IMG/VR virus record: IMGVR_UViG_3300048835_001034
Location: 1 to 38,065 of that record
Strand: one strand, 5' to 3'
Source: a virus
Lineage: Duplodnaviria > Caudoviricetes
DNA length: 38,065 nucleotides
The translations under genes were made by a program, and so were the position numbers. Positions 8,249 through 16,821 of the stretch are shown in pieces (within the stretch, counting starts at the first letter, position 1; every line of letters begins with the position of its first letter). The notes under the pieces were generated by a model. The model ran no database searches, was not told the DNA's origin, and saw only the letters and a list, made by a program, of their open reading frames with translations.

Positions 8249-8559
8249 CGCTGCGGATCGACGAGGAGGCCTATGCGAGAGCGCTGCGGCAGAGCGCGTG
8301 CGAGACGTTGCGTCGCTGGCGCGGCGACGGGTTGCACGCATCGGCGCAGAAGGGCGGCCTGACGGAGGGCGTCGTCAACGTGCTTGCCGATGGACCGACC
8401 ACGGCCGTCGCCATCGCCGCGCGCCTCGGCCGCGCCATCACGGACATCCCGTCGATCCTGCGGCGTCTCGAAAGGGACGGGCGCGCCGAACGGGCCGGCG
8501 TGACCAGAAACCACACCAACCAGCCGGTCACTCTCTGGAAGGGGCGGTCCAAGACGTGA
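8245..8559 (+). CDS. Winged-helix protein (104 aa)
   Basis: VLADGPTTAVAIAARLGR...ILRRLERDGRAERAG...TLW; ATGA and GTGA overlaps. Confidence 0.65.
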   Translation: MTLRIDEEAYARALRQSACETLRRWRGDGLHASAQKGGLTEGVVNVLADGPTTAVAIAARLGRAITDIPSILRRLERDGRAERAGVTRNHTNQPVTLWKGRSKT

Positions 8560-8942
8560 CCCGGCTGCCCGCCCGCACCGAAGGATTGCCGGCATCTCTC
8601 ATCGACCTGGCCGAGACGCTCGGCTTTTCGGTGGCGATGAAGCTGATCCAGGCGTTCGGCGGGCAGGAGGTGAAGTTCCCCCGCCATCCCCGACCCGATC
8701 ACCCGATCATCACCGCTCTTGGTGAAAGGGACGGTCATGCGGTATGTGAGTATCTGGGCGGGGCGATGATCTACGTGCCGCACGGAAGGACCGGCGCCAA
8801 CCGCCGCGCCGTCGCCGGGCTCGAGACCAAGGGCCACAGCCGTGGCGAGATCGCGCGGATGCTCGGGATTTCGCAGCGCCACGTCCGGCGGCTCGCGAAC
8901 CGCGAGGACGACGACCGCCAGCCCGGCCTCTTCGACGACTGA
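8556..8942 (+). CDS. Mor/C-family late transcription activator
   Basis: LPASLIDLAETLG...LIQAFGGQEVKFP...LGGAMIYVP...SRGEIARMLGISQRHVRRL; GTG start; directly before lysis genes. Confidence 0.88.
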   Translation: MTRLPARTEGLPASLIDLAETLGFSVAMKLIQAFGGQEVKFPRHPRPDHPIITALGERDGHAVCEYLGGAMIYVPHGRTGANRRAVAGLETKGHSRGEIARMLGISQRHVRRLANREDDDRQPGLFDD

Positions 8943-8943
8943 C

Positions 8944-8989
8944 CGGACCGAGGTCCGCGCGCGCGACCGCCGGCAGGCAGGCTAAGCCT
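8944..8989 (+). promoter_or_regulatory. Putative activator-dependent late promoter (lysis/packaging operon)
   Basis: Palindrome CGGAC-N4-GTCCG 8944-8957 followed by ACCGCCGGC; same arrangement at 17030. Confidence 0.6.
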
Positions 8990-9016
8990 CTGAAAAGCCG
9001 GCTGTCACGAGGCCCC

Positions 9017-9928
9017 ATGCCGATCCTGATCCCAAGCGCGGAGGGCGTCGCCTTCCTGGAACGCCACGAGGGCGTGGTGCTGCGCGCCTATCGCGACGTC
9101 GCCGGGGTCTGGACGATCGGCGCCGGCCTGACCGCGGCCTCGGGCGTGGTGACGCCACGCCCCGGCATGGTGATCACGAAGGAAGAGGCGAGCCGGCTCC
9201 TCGCCCTCGCGCTCACCCGCAACTATGCGCCCGCGATCCGCAATGCCATGCCGGGCGCACGGCAGCACGAATTCGACGGCGCGCTGAGCTTCCATTTCAA
9301 CACCGGGGCGATCCGGCGCGCGAGCTGGGTCGAGGCGTGGCGGGCGCGCGACCGCAAGGGCGTCGCCGACGGCCTCGCGAAATGGGTGAGGGGCGGCGGC
9401 AGGGTGCTGCCCGGGCTCCAGCGCCGGCGGGCCGAGGAGGCGGCGCTGATCATCGACGGCGTCTACGCGCCGACCACCCCGAAGCCGCTCCGCCGGCCGG
9501 GGGCGGCGCGGATCACCCTGCGGCTCTCGGATCGGGAACTGGTGGCCGCCCGCTCCGGCCTCCGCACCCTCGGCTACGATCCCGGTGGTGATCCGCGGTG
9601 CATCGCCATGATGGCGGTGGTCGCCTTCCAGCGCGACCACGGCCTGACCGTCGACGGCGTCCTCGGCCGCGGCACCCTGACCGCGCTCCAGCGCCGGCTC
9701 GACGCAAGGGGCAAGGCCGGTGCCGTCGCCGGCGCGGGCGGCGCCGGTGCGGTGGCGCAGGCGCCCGGCCTCGACGGGATCGTGCCGCAGGCCGACCTTG
9801 TCTCGCTCGTCCTGCTCGCCGGCGTCGCCGCCGCCGCGATCTGGCTCGCCTGGCGCTACCGCGACGTGGTGGCGGCCAAGGTGCAGCGCCTTGCCCCCCG
9901 AACCGCAACCTGGCTGAGGAGCCGCTGA
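9017..9928 (+). CDS. Endolysin: GH24 lysozyme + peptidoglycan-binding domain + C-terminal hydrophobic segment
   Basis: HEGVVLRAYRDVAGVWTIGAG (E-x8-D-x5-T), LPGLQRRRAEE, VVAFQRDHGLTVDGVLGRGTLTAL, LVSLVLLAGVAAAAIWLAW. Confidence 0.92.
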   Translation: MPILIPSAEGVAFLERHEGVVLRAYRDVAGVWTIGAGLTAASGVVTPRPGMVITKEEASRLLALALTRNYAPAIRNAMPGARQHEFDGALSFHFNTGAIRRASWVEAWRARDRKGVADGLAKWVRGGGRVLPGLQRRRAEEAALIIDGVYAPTTPKPLRRPGAARITLRLSDRELVAARSGLRTLGYDPGGDPRCIAMMAVVAFQRDHGLTVDGVLGRGTLTALQRRLDARGKAGAVAGAGGAGAVAQAPGLDGIVPQADLVSLVLLAGVAAAAIWLAWRYRDVVAAKVQRLAPRTATWLRSR

Positions 9929-9929
9929 G

Positions 9930-10208
9930 ATGAAGACGATTGCCGCCCTGGTCCTCTGCCTCGCCGCCGGTCCGGCCGGTGCCGAATGCCTGCCGCTCGC
10001 CGACGCGCTCGCCTCGCTGGCCGGGCGCTGGCACGAGACGCCGGTCTTCACGGGCGCCTTCGACGGCGGGGCCTGGATCGTCACCGCCGCCCCGGACGGC
10101 GGCAGCTTCACCGTCCTGTTCGTCCGCTCCGATGGCTCGGCCTGCCCGGCAGGCGCGGGCGAAGGCTGGGCCGCCGCGCCCTTGGCCCCGGCCGGAAAGG
10201 AGGGCTGA
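9930..10208 (+). CDS. Small exported protein in lysis cassette
   Basis: Signal peptide MKTIAALVLCLAAGPAGA; two Cys in the mature part; SD GAGGAG. Confidence 0.75.
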   Translation: MKTIAALVLCLAAGPAGAECLPLADALASLAGRWHETPVFTGAFDGGAWIVTAAPDGGSFTVLFVRSDGSACPAGAGEGWAAAPLAPAGKEG

Positions 10209-10209
10209 C

Positions 10210-10722
10210 ATGGCGCCCGCACTCATTGCCCTCGCCGCCCGGATCGGCGCGCCGGTCATCCGCGACATCCTCGCCCGCAAGATCGGCCGCGAGAACGCCG
10301 AGCTTGCCGGCGATGTCATCGGCATGATCGCGAAGCGCGCCGGCGTCGCCCCCGAGGCGATCGAGCAGCTCGCCGTCGACCAGCCCGCCCGCGTCACCGC
10401 GGCGATCCAGTCCGTCGAGGTCGAGGTCGCGGAGCTGGCGCCGATCTACGCCGCCGAGCTTGCCGCAAGGCAGGAGACCTACCGGATGGAGCAGGCCGAG
10501 CCGCTCTGGGTCCGCGCCTGGCGGCCGCTCGGCATGTACGGGCTCGGGGTGCTCTGGTTCTGGAACCTCGTGCTGCTGCACATCGCCAATGCCTGGTGGA
10601 AGATCGCCCTGCCGCCCACGGACCTCTCCATCCTCATGCAGGTCAGCGCGCTCTACATGTCTCTCTACATGGGCGGGCACACCGTCAAGGACGTCGCAGG
10701 AAAGTGGATGAACCGGCCGTGA
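10210..10722 (+). CDS. Holin (GTA 3TM-holin-like)
   Basis: WVRAWRPLGMYGLGVLWFWN... and LYMSLYMGGHTVK hydrophobic segments; in lysis cassette; SD AAGGAGGG. Confidence 0.75.
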   Translation: MAPALIALAARIGAPVIRDILARKIGRENAELAGDVIGMIAKRAGVAPEAIEQLAVDQPARVTAAIQSVEVEVAELAPIYAAELAARQETYRMEQAEPLWVRAWRPLGMYGLGVLWFWNLVLLHIANAWWKIALPPTDLSILMQVSALYMSLYMGGHTVKDVAGKWMNRP

Positions 10723-11006
10723 CCGATTTTGCACTGCATATCCAGAAGATCGGCGAGGCCCACAAGCGCCTGGACGTCAACGAGGGCCGCATCGCCGAGG
10801 CCCATCGGCGCCTGTCGGACCATGACGGGCGGATCGGGGCCCTGGAGCGCGACAACGCCGTCTTCGCCGAGCGCATGAACACGGTGATCTCGAGCCTCGC
10901 CGAGATCAAGAGCACCATCACCTGGCTGAACCGCCTGGTGCTGGGCGGCATCCTGATGGCCGCCGTCGGCTTCGTGATTTCGGGGGGCCTGAATGTCGGG
11001 CAGTGA
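10719..11006 (+). CDS. Coiled-coil protein with C-terminal TM (XhlA-like)
   Basis: GTG start overlapping holin stop; heptads RIAEAHRRLSDHDGRIGALE; TM LVLGGILMAAVGFVI. Confidence 0.7.
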   Translation: MTDFALHIQKIGEAHKRLDVNEGRIAEAHRRLSDHDGRIGALERDNAVFAERMNTVISSLAEIKSTITWLNRLVLGGILMAAVGFVISGGLNVGQ

Positions 11007-11493
11007 CGACCTGCGCCGCAAGGCGCGATCCGACTACGTCTATCGCCGGATGACGCTGGCCACCATCGCGGTGGCCTACGGCAAGAGCGAGGCGACGCTG
11101 GGGCGGTGGAAGAAGACGGCCCGCGAGGCCGGCGACGACTGGGACAAGGCGCGCACGGCCCATGTCATCGCCGGCGAAGGCGTCGAGGTCGTGGTGTCGT
11201 CGGTCGTCGAGGACTTCATGATCCAGGCGCAGGCGATCCTCGACGAGATCAAGACCGGCGACCACACCACCCAGGAAAAGGTCGCCATGCTGGTGTCGCT
11301 CTCGGATGCGATGACGAAGATGGCGGCCTCGGCGAAGCGGTTCGCACCGAAGGTCAGCGAGCTGGGCGTCGCCCAGGACGTGATGGCGAAGCTTCTCGAT
11401 TTCGTCCGTGAGGAATTCCCGCATCATGCCGCCGCGATCCTCGAGATCATCGAGCCGTTCGGCGAGCGGCTGGCCGAGATCTACAGCTCATGA
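10993..11493 (+). CDS. DUF1804-type protein, probable terminase small subunit
   Basis: N-terminal HTH and RWKK...GDDWDKAR motif; directly upstream of TerL. Confidence 0.8.
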   Translation: MSGSDDLRRKARSDYVYRRMTLATIAVAYGKSEATLGRWKKTAREAGDDWDKARTAHVIAGEGVEVVVSSVVEDFMIQAQAILDEIKTGDHTTQEKVAMLVSLSDAMTKMAASAKRFAPKVSELGVAQDVMAKLLDFVREEFPHHAAAILEIIEPFGERLAEIYSS

Positions 11494-13145
11494 GCGCGCG
11501 GCCGAAGCTGAAGGCCGCCCTCAGCCGCAAGGACTTCCGCGACAAGATCGCGGAAATGGCCTCGGCATTCGCACGCCATATCGAGCTGAACGTCGAGGCC
11601 TTTCCGGCCGACCAGGCCGCCCGGGCCGCACGCCTGGCGCGCGTCGAGGCCGAGGACGGATTCCGGTTCTTCATGGAGACCTATCTGCCGCACTACGTCC
11701 GCGGCGAGCACAGCCGCTTTCACCGGGCGATCTTCGACCGCGTCCCGGAGATCCTCTCGTCGCCCACGGGCGTGCGCGATCTCTTCATCGCGCCCCGCGG
11801 CTCGTCGAAATCGACCCACCTCTCGCTCGGCTTCGCGCTCTACTGCATCGTCCTGAAGAAGACGCGCTACTGCCTGGAGGTCTGCGACGTCTACGCCCAG
11901 GCCGCCCTCCTGATCGAGGCGATCAAGGCCGAGCTGACCACGAACCCGCGGCTCCAGAACGATTTCCCCGAGGCCTGCGGCCAGGGGCGGGTCTGGCGCG
12001 AGGGCGAGATCGTCACCAGGACCAACATCCGCATCGAGGGGCTCGGGGCGCTGCAGAAGCTCCGCGGCCGCCGCCACGGACCCTACCGGCCCGACCTGAT
12101 GTTCTTCGACGACATCGAGAACGACGAGCAGGTCCGCTCGCCCGAACAGCGCCAGAAGCTCCAGAACTGGGTCTACCGGGCGGCGCTGAAAGTCGGTCCG
12201 CCGGACGGTACGATGCACGTGATCTGGGTCGGCACGGTCCTGCATTTCGACGCGGTGCTGGTGCGGGCGGCGAAGTCGCCGCTGTGGCGGGTGACCGAGT
12301 TCCAGGCGATCGTGAAATGGCCCGACCGCATGGACCTCTGGGACCGGTTCGAGGAGGTCTGGCAGAACGAGGGCGAGGAAGCCGCCCGCACCTTCTACGG
12401 CCGGCACAGGGCGGAGATGGACGCGGGCGCGGTCATCAACTGGCCTTCGGTCCAGCCGCTCCTCTGGCTGATGCTGGAGCGCGCCGCCAGCCACGACGCT
12501 TTCCAGACCGAATACCAGAACAAGCCGATCTCGGAGGGCAATCCCTTCGGCGACCTGACCTTCTGGGTGGGCCGCAACCCCGACTGGATCTTCTTCGGCG
12601 CGATCGACCCCTCGCTCGGCAAGAACGGCAAGGGCCGCGATCCCTCGGCCATCCTGATCGGCGGCTTCGACCGGCTGACCGGCCGGATGGACGTGGTCGA
12701 GGCCTCGATCCGCCGCCGGCTGCCGGACCTCATCATCGCAGACACGATCGCGCTCCAGCGCGAATACCGCTGCCTTTTGTGGTTCATCGAGAGCGTCCAG
12801 TTCCAGGAATTCCTGCGCACCACCATGATGACGGAAGCCGCGAAGGCCGGCGTCGGCCTCTCGGCCGTGCCGGTCATCCCGGTCGCGGACAAGAACCTCA
12901 GGATCGAACGGCTCCAGCCGCCGGTGAAGGCGGGCCTGATCCGCTTCTCGGCCGATCACGGCACGCTGATCGACCAGCTCCAGCAGTGGCCGAACGGCGA
13001 CCACGACGACGGGCCGGACTGTCTCGACATGCTCTGGCAGCAGACACTGGTCTACGCCGGGGGCGGCATGGCCGGGCAGATGATGACCGCGGCCGCCCCG
13101 GCCGACGACCGGCTGGGCGGCTATCGGCTGGGAGGGCGCGGATGA
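11490..13145 (+). CDS. terL: Terminase large subunit
   Basis: Walker A APRGSSKST, LRGRRHGPYRPDL, Walker B FFDDIEND, nuclease motifs GAIDPS and HDDGPDCL. Confidence 0.93.
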   Translation: MSARPKLKAALSRKDFRDKIAEMASAFARHIELNVEAFPADQAARAARLARVEAEDGFRFFMETYLPHYVRGEHSRFHRAIFDRVPEILSSPTGVRDLFIAPRGSSKSTHLSLGFALYCIVLKKTRYCLEVCDVYAQAALLIEAIKAELTTNPRLQNDFPEACGQGRVWREGEIVTRTNIRIEGLGALQKLRGRRHGPYRPDLMFFDDIENDEQVRSPEQRQKLQNWVYRAALKVGPPDGTMHVIWVGTVLHFDAVLVRAAKSPLWRVTEFQAIVKWPDRMDLWDRFEEVWQNEGEEAARTFYGRHRAEMDAGAVINWPSVQPLLWLMLERAASHDAFQTEYQNKPISEGNPFGDLTFWVGRNPDWIFFGAIDPSLGKNGKGRDPSAILIGGFDRLTGRMDVVEASIRRRLPDLIIADTIALQREYRCLLWFIESVQFQEFLRTTMMTEAAKAGVGLSAVPVIPVADKNLRIERLQPPVKAGLIRFSADHGTLIDQLQQWPNGDHDDGPDCLDMLWQQTLVYAGGGMAGQMMTAAAPADDRLGGYRLGGRG

Positions 13146-13167
13146 TGCGCCGCAAGTGGAGAGCGAC

Positions 13168-14577
13168 ATGAGCCGCCGCAGGAAACCGCACCACCGCGCC
13201 GCCCCGACTGCGGAGGCCTTCGCAGAACCGCCCCGCCGGAACCTTCCGGCCGAGGCGCGGTCGCTCATCGCCAACGCGGCGAACGACATCACCATCCCCT
13301 ACTACAGCGGGGTGCTCCAGCACGCCGACGACACGCTGATCCAGCAGGGCGGCGGCAAGGGGCTGGCGATCTACGACGAGATCGAGCGTGACACCCACGC
13401 CTTCTCGATGCTGCAGAAGCGCCGCAAGGCGCTCGTTTCCCGCGCCTGGGAGGTCGAACCCGGGGGGGCCCGCGCGATCGACAAGGAGGCGGCCGATCTC
13501 GTCGAAGGGGTCCTCCGCAGCCTGCCCTTCGACGGGATCACCGAAGACCTGCTCGACGCCACGCTGAAGGGCTTCGCGGTCTCGGAGATCGAATGGGAGC
13601 GCGCGGGGGCAATGATCCGGCCGCGCCGGATCGTCGCCCACAACCAGCGCCGCTTCGTCTTCGACGAGGCGTGGCGGCCGCGGCTCCTGACCTGGACGCA
13701 GATGCGCGAGGGGATCGAGTTGCCGGAGCGGAAGTTCGTCGTCCACCGCGTCGGCGTGAAGGGCAACAACCCCTACGGGCTCGGCCTCGGCACGAGGCTC
13801 TTCTGGCCGGTGCTCTTCAAGCGCGAGGGCATCGCCTTCTGGCTCCATTTCCTGGAGAAATTCGCCGGGCCAACGATCGTCGGCAAGACGCCCTACGGCA
13901 CGCTCTCGGACGCGCAGCGCCAGCTCCTCAACACGCTCGTCTCGGCGCGCACGGCCTCGGCGATCACCGTGCCGATCGGCACCGACGTGGAGTTCCTGGA
14001 AGCCTCGCGGTCGGGCAGCGTCAGCTACGAGCAGTTCCTGGCCTACTGGGACCGGCAGATCTCGATCTGCACCACCGGCGAGACGCTGACCACCCAGGTC
14101 GGCGAGGCCGGCGGCAACCGGGCGCTCGGCGAGGTCCACCAGGAGCAGCTCGACACGCTCGCCGACAGCGACGGCGATCTCCTGACCGACAGCCTGCGCG
14201 AGAGCCTGGTGCGCTGGATCGTCGAATACAACCTGCCGGGGGCGGAGCTGCCGTCTGTCTGGCGGGTCAGGCCGAAGAACGAGCGCGCCGAGGCCGAGAC
14301 GCGGAAAACGAAGGCCGATGCCGCCGCCGCGCTCGACATGGCGATCGCGGCGATCGTGCGCCAGGCCGCGAAGTTCGAGGACGACGCGATTGCCCGCGAA
14401 TACATCGTCAGCTTCGACGTGACCGACCAGCTTTCCGACAAGACGATCGACGCGCTGGTGGCGGCGCGCCAGGCCTTCGTGTCGCCGGGATCCGACGCCG
14501 ACCCGGAGGCCGATCCCTTCGTCGCAGCCGGTCCGGTCCGGTTCTCTGGCCACGGGCTCAAAAAAAAACCTCTCTAG
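13168..14577 (+). CDS. Portal protein (Mu gp29/DUF935)
   Basis: IYDEIERDTHAFSMLQKRR, KGFAVSEIEW, NPYGLGLG, WLHFLEKFAGP, GETLTT, RALGEVH; ends LKKKPL* on an A9 run. Confidence 0.92.
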   Translation: MSRRRKPHHRAAPTAEAFAEPPRRNLPAEARSLIANAANDITIPYYSGVLQHADDTLIQQGGGKGLAIYDEIERDTHAFSMLQKRRKALVSRAWEVEPGGARAIDKEAADLVEGVLRSLPFDGITEDLLDATLKGFAVSEIEWERAGAMIRPRRIVAHNQRRFVFDEAWRPRLLTWTQMREGIELPERKFVVHRVGVKGNNPYGLGLGTRLFWPVLFKREGIAFWLHFLEKFAGPTIVGKTPYGTLSDAQRQLLNTLVSARTASAITVPIGTDVEFLEASRSGSVSYEQFLAYWDRQISICTTGETLTTQVGEAGGNRALGEVHQEQLDTLADSDGDLLTDSLRESLVRWIVEYNLPGAELPSVWRVRPKNERAEAETRKTKADAAAALDMAIAAIVRQAAKFEDDAIAREYIVSFDVTDQLSDKTIDALVAARQAFVSPGSDADPEADPFVAAGPVRFSGHGLKKKPL

Positions 14578-14615
14578 GCCGGCACGTCTGCTTCGCCGAT
14601 CCTGACGGGCCGGTC
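14560..14615 (+). promoter_or_regulatory. Putative -1 frameshift/slippage signal joining portal to MuF
   Basis: A9 at 14560-14568 (A AAA AAA in portal frame), 8-nt spacer, hairpin GGCCGGC-A-CGTC 14577-14588/GACG-G-GCCGGTC 14604-14615; -1 frame is open to 16136. Confidence 0.7.
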
Positions 14616-16136
14616 GAGCGGATCACCGATCAGGCGGTCCGGGCGGCCGAGCGGCACTTCACCCGCCGCATCGCCGCGGTCCGCGAGGCGATCACCGGTG
14701 CGGGAGGCTATGAGGCGGCGGGCCGGGCGCTTCTCGAACTGGCGGCGCGGTGGACGCCGGACGCGCTCGCGCACCTCCTCGGTGACGCGATGGAACTGGC
14801 GGCCTGGGCGGGTCGGGAGGCGGTCTTCGTCGAGAGCGGCATTCCTTCTTTCGCCGAGGCCGATTTCGACAGCCCCGAGTTCCGCGAGCAGATCGATTAC
14901 CTGCGCCAGAAGCGGCCGAAGCCGACGAAGGTCTGGACGGACGCGATGGCGGGCGACCACGACCGTCTCTTCGTCGTGGCCGGGGCGACAGACACGGCGA
15001 TGCTGGAGGAGTTCCACGCCGCCGTCATCGAGGCCGGCCGGACCCGGGACTTCGAGGCCTTCGCCAGGGACTTCGACCGCATCGTCGAGAAATACGGCTG
15101 GTCCTACAACGGCGGGCGGGAGTGGCGCATCCGCACGATCTTCAACACCAACATCCGCACCAGCCACATGGCCGGACGGCTCAGGCAGATGCGCGACCCC
15201 GAGGTGGTGAAGCTCCTGCCCTGGTGGCAGTACATCCATGCCGACACGCGGGTGCCGCTCAACCCCCGGCCCGAACACGTGGCCTGGGATGGGCTGGTGC
15301 TGGCCTGGGACGATCCCTGGTGGGACACGCATTTCCCGCCAAACGACTGGCTCTGTTCATGCGGGGTGCGGACGCTGTCGGACGCGCAGCTGAAGCGGCT
15401 CGGCAAGTCCGGCCCCGACAAGGCGCCGGCCCTGAACCGCAAGCCCTTCACCCACAAGGCGAGCGGCCAGACGGTGATGCTGCCCGAGGGGATCGGCTTC
15501 GGCTGGGATCACATGCCGGGCGATCTCTGGGAGCGCGGGCTCGTGCCCTCGGCGCTCATCGACGACCCGCTGGCGACGCGGATCGGCGACATCAAGGGCC
15601 AGCACCAGGTGTCGATCACGGAGCCGGTGCCGATGGAGGAGATGATCACGAGAGCCAGGCCGTTCACGTCGGCAAGGATGGACCCGGGCCTTCCGATCGA
15701 AGCCTATGTCGAGGCGTTCCTGAAGCCGTTCGGAGCCGGGCTGGACGAAGCGACGCTCTGGGAGGACGCGGCGGGAGCACGGCTTCCGATTTCCGACCTG
15801 TTGTTCCGGCGCCCCGACGGCAGCTGGAAGGGCGACAAGCGCGGTCACGGCGATCACGCGCCGCTCCTGGCCGAAGCCATCATGGACCCGGATGAAATCT
15901 GGCTCGGCGTCCGCGAGGTGCCGGTCGACGAGGAGCGCTACCCTGGCGTCATGCAGCACATGCTCACAAGGCGCTACATCCGCGTCGCCCCGGAGAACGG
16001 GGTCTTCGCTCTTTTCGAGATGGGCAGGCGGAACTGGCTCGGCGTCACCGGCTATGCGCCCCTGTCCCGCCGCAAACCGGACTTCAGCCATCTCGACCGG
16101 CAGCGCGTCGGCAAGCTGATATGGTGGAGAAAATAG
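14568..16136 (+). CDS. MuF (gp30) head morphogenesis protein with C-terminal PBECR2-like nuclease domain; start by frameshift or at ATG 14790
   Basis: MuF motifs HDRLFVVAGA, IFNTNIRTSHMAGR, RPEHVAWDG...DDPWWDTHFPPNDWLCSC; C-terminal LLAEAIMDPDEIW...RRYIR...WLGVTGY...RVGKLIWWR. Confidence 0.88.
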   Translation, partial: TSLGRHVCFADPDGPVERITDQAVRAAERHFTRRIAAVREAITGAGGYEAAGRALLELAARWTPDALAHLLGDAMELAAWAGREAVFVESGIPSFAEADFDSPEFREQIDYLRQKRPKPTKVWTDAMAGDHDRLFVVAGATDTAMLEEFHAAVIEAGRTRDFEAFARDFDRIVEKYGWSYNGGREWRIRTIFNTNIRTSHMAGRLRQMRDPEVVKLLPWWQYIHADTRVPLNPRPEHVAWDGLVLAWDDPWWDTHFPPNDWLCSCGVRTLSDAQLKRLGKSGPDKAPALNRKPFTHKASGQTVMLPEGIGFGWDHMPGDLWERGLVPSALIDDPLATRIGDIKGQHQVSITEPVPMEEMITRARPFTSARMDPGLPIEAYVEAFLKPFGAGLDEATLWEDAAGARLPISDLLFRRPDGSWKGDKRGHGDHAPLLAEAIMDPDEIWLGVREVPVDEERYPGVMQHMLTRRYIRVAPENGVFALFEMGRRNWLGVTGYAPLSRRKPDFSHLDRQRVGKLIWWRK

Positions 16137-16157
16137 CGCCCCCGGGTGCTCGGGCGC
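16128..16157 (-). terminator. Intrinsic terminator (minus strand)
   Basis: GCGCCC/GGGCGC stem (16136-16141/16152-16157) followed by UAUUUUCU on the minus strand. Confidence 0.55.
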
Positions 16158-16205
16158 GCCGCATCGCCAGGGCTATCAGGGCACACACCACCACACCCGG
16201 ACGAC
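16128..16205 (-). ncRNA. Putative ~75-nt small RNA convergent with MuF-nuclease
   Basis: Bounded by a minus-strand promoter and an intrinsic terminator; 5' stem GUCGUCCGGG/CCCUGGCGAU. Confidence 0.6.
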
Positions 16206-16211
16206 AGCAGC

Positions 16212-16240
16212 AATGTAGGCGCTCGAAAGGAGGATTTCAA
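16212..16240 (-). promoter_or_regulatory. Sigma70-type promoter, minus strand
   Basis: TTGAAA (16240-16235), exactly 17 bp, TACATT (16217-16212); unusually close to consensus for this GC-rich DNA. Confidence 0.7.
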
Positions 16241-16242
16241 CG

Positions 16243-16821
16243 ATGACAGGCTTCAGCATCCGGATCGGGATCGACGAGGCCGAGGCGCGGCGGAACCTGG
16301 GCGAGCTGCTCGCCAGGATGGCGAACCCGCGGCCCTTCTACGAGGCGGCCGGCAACCTCCTCGTCGCCTCGGTCGGCCGCAACTTCCAGCGCGAGGGCAC
16401 GCCCGAGGGCACGCCGTGGACACCGCTCAGCCCGGCGACGATCCGCAAGCGCAAGAGCAGGGGGATCGCCGGGCTGGCGATCCTGCGGGAGCGCGGCCGC
16501 CTCGCCGGGTCGATCTTTCACCAGGTGGAGGCGGCGGGCGTGCGCATCGGCGTGCCCTCCGGCATCCGCTACGGCGCGATCCACCAGTTCGGCGGCACGA
16601 TCGAGAAGCCGGCCCGGGCGGGCAGTATCTGGCGGCGCCAGAACCGGGACGGCTCCTTCGGGCGGAGGTTCGCGAAGAAGCGCAACAAGACCAGCGTCGC
16701 CACCGAGGTCGCGATCCCGGCCCACCGGATCACCATCCCGGCCCGGCCGTTCCTCGGCATCGGCCCCGAGGACGAGGCCGACATCATCGAGGCGGCGCGG
16801 CGGTGGCTCGACATCGCCTGA
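16243..16821 (+). CDS. Virion morphogenesis protein (Mu gpG family)
   Basis: NFQREGTPEGTPWTPLSPAT, ILRERGRLAGSI, YGAIHQFGG, IPARPFLGI; SD AGGAGG. Confidence 0.92.
   Translation: MTGFSIRIGIDEAEARRNLGELLARMANPRPFYEAAGNLLVASVGRNFQREGTPEGTPWTPLSPATIRKRKSRGIAGLAILRERGRLAGSIFHQVEAAGVRIGVPSGIRYGAIHQFGGTIEKPARAGSIWRRQNRDGSFGRRFAKKRNKTSVATEVAIPAHRITIPARPFLGIGPEDEADIIEAARRWLDIA

Noticed and set aside
13593-14559. N-terminal ~320 aa of the 847-aa ORF in the track
   Set aside because: It overlaps the portal in another frame and is Arg/Gly/Pro-rich noise; credible sequence starts only after the A9 run.
16052-16240. 62-aa minus-strand ORF as a protein immunity gene
   Set aside because: Its TTG start is the -35 box of the predicted promoter, there is no RBS, and the predicted transcript begins downstream of it.
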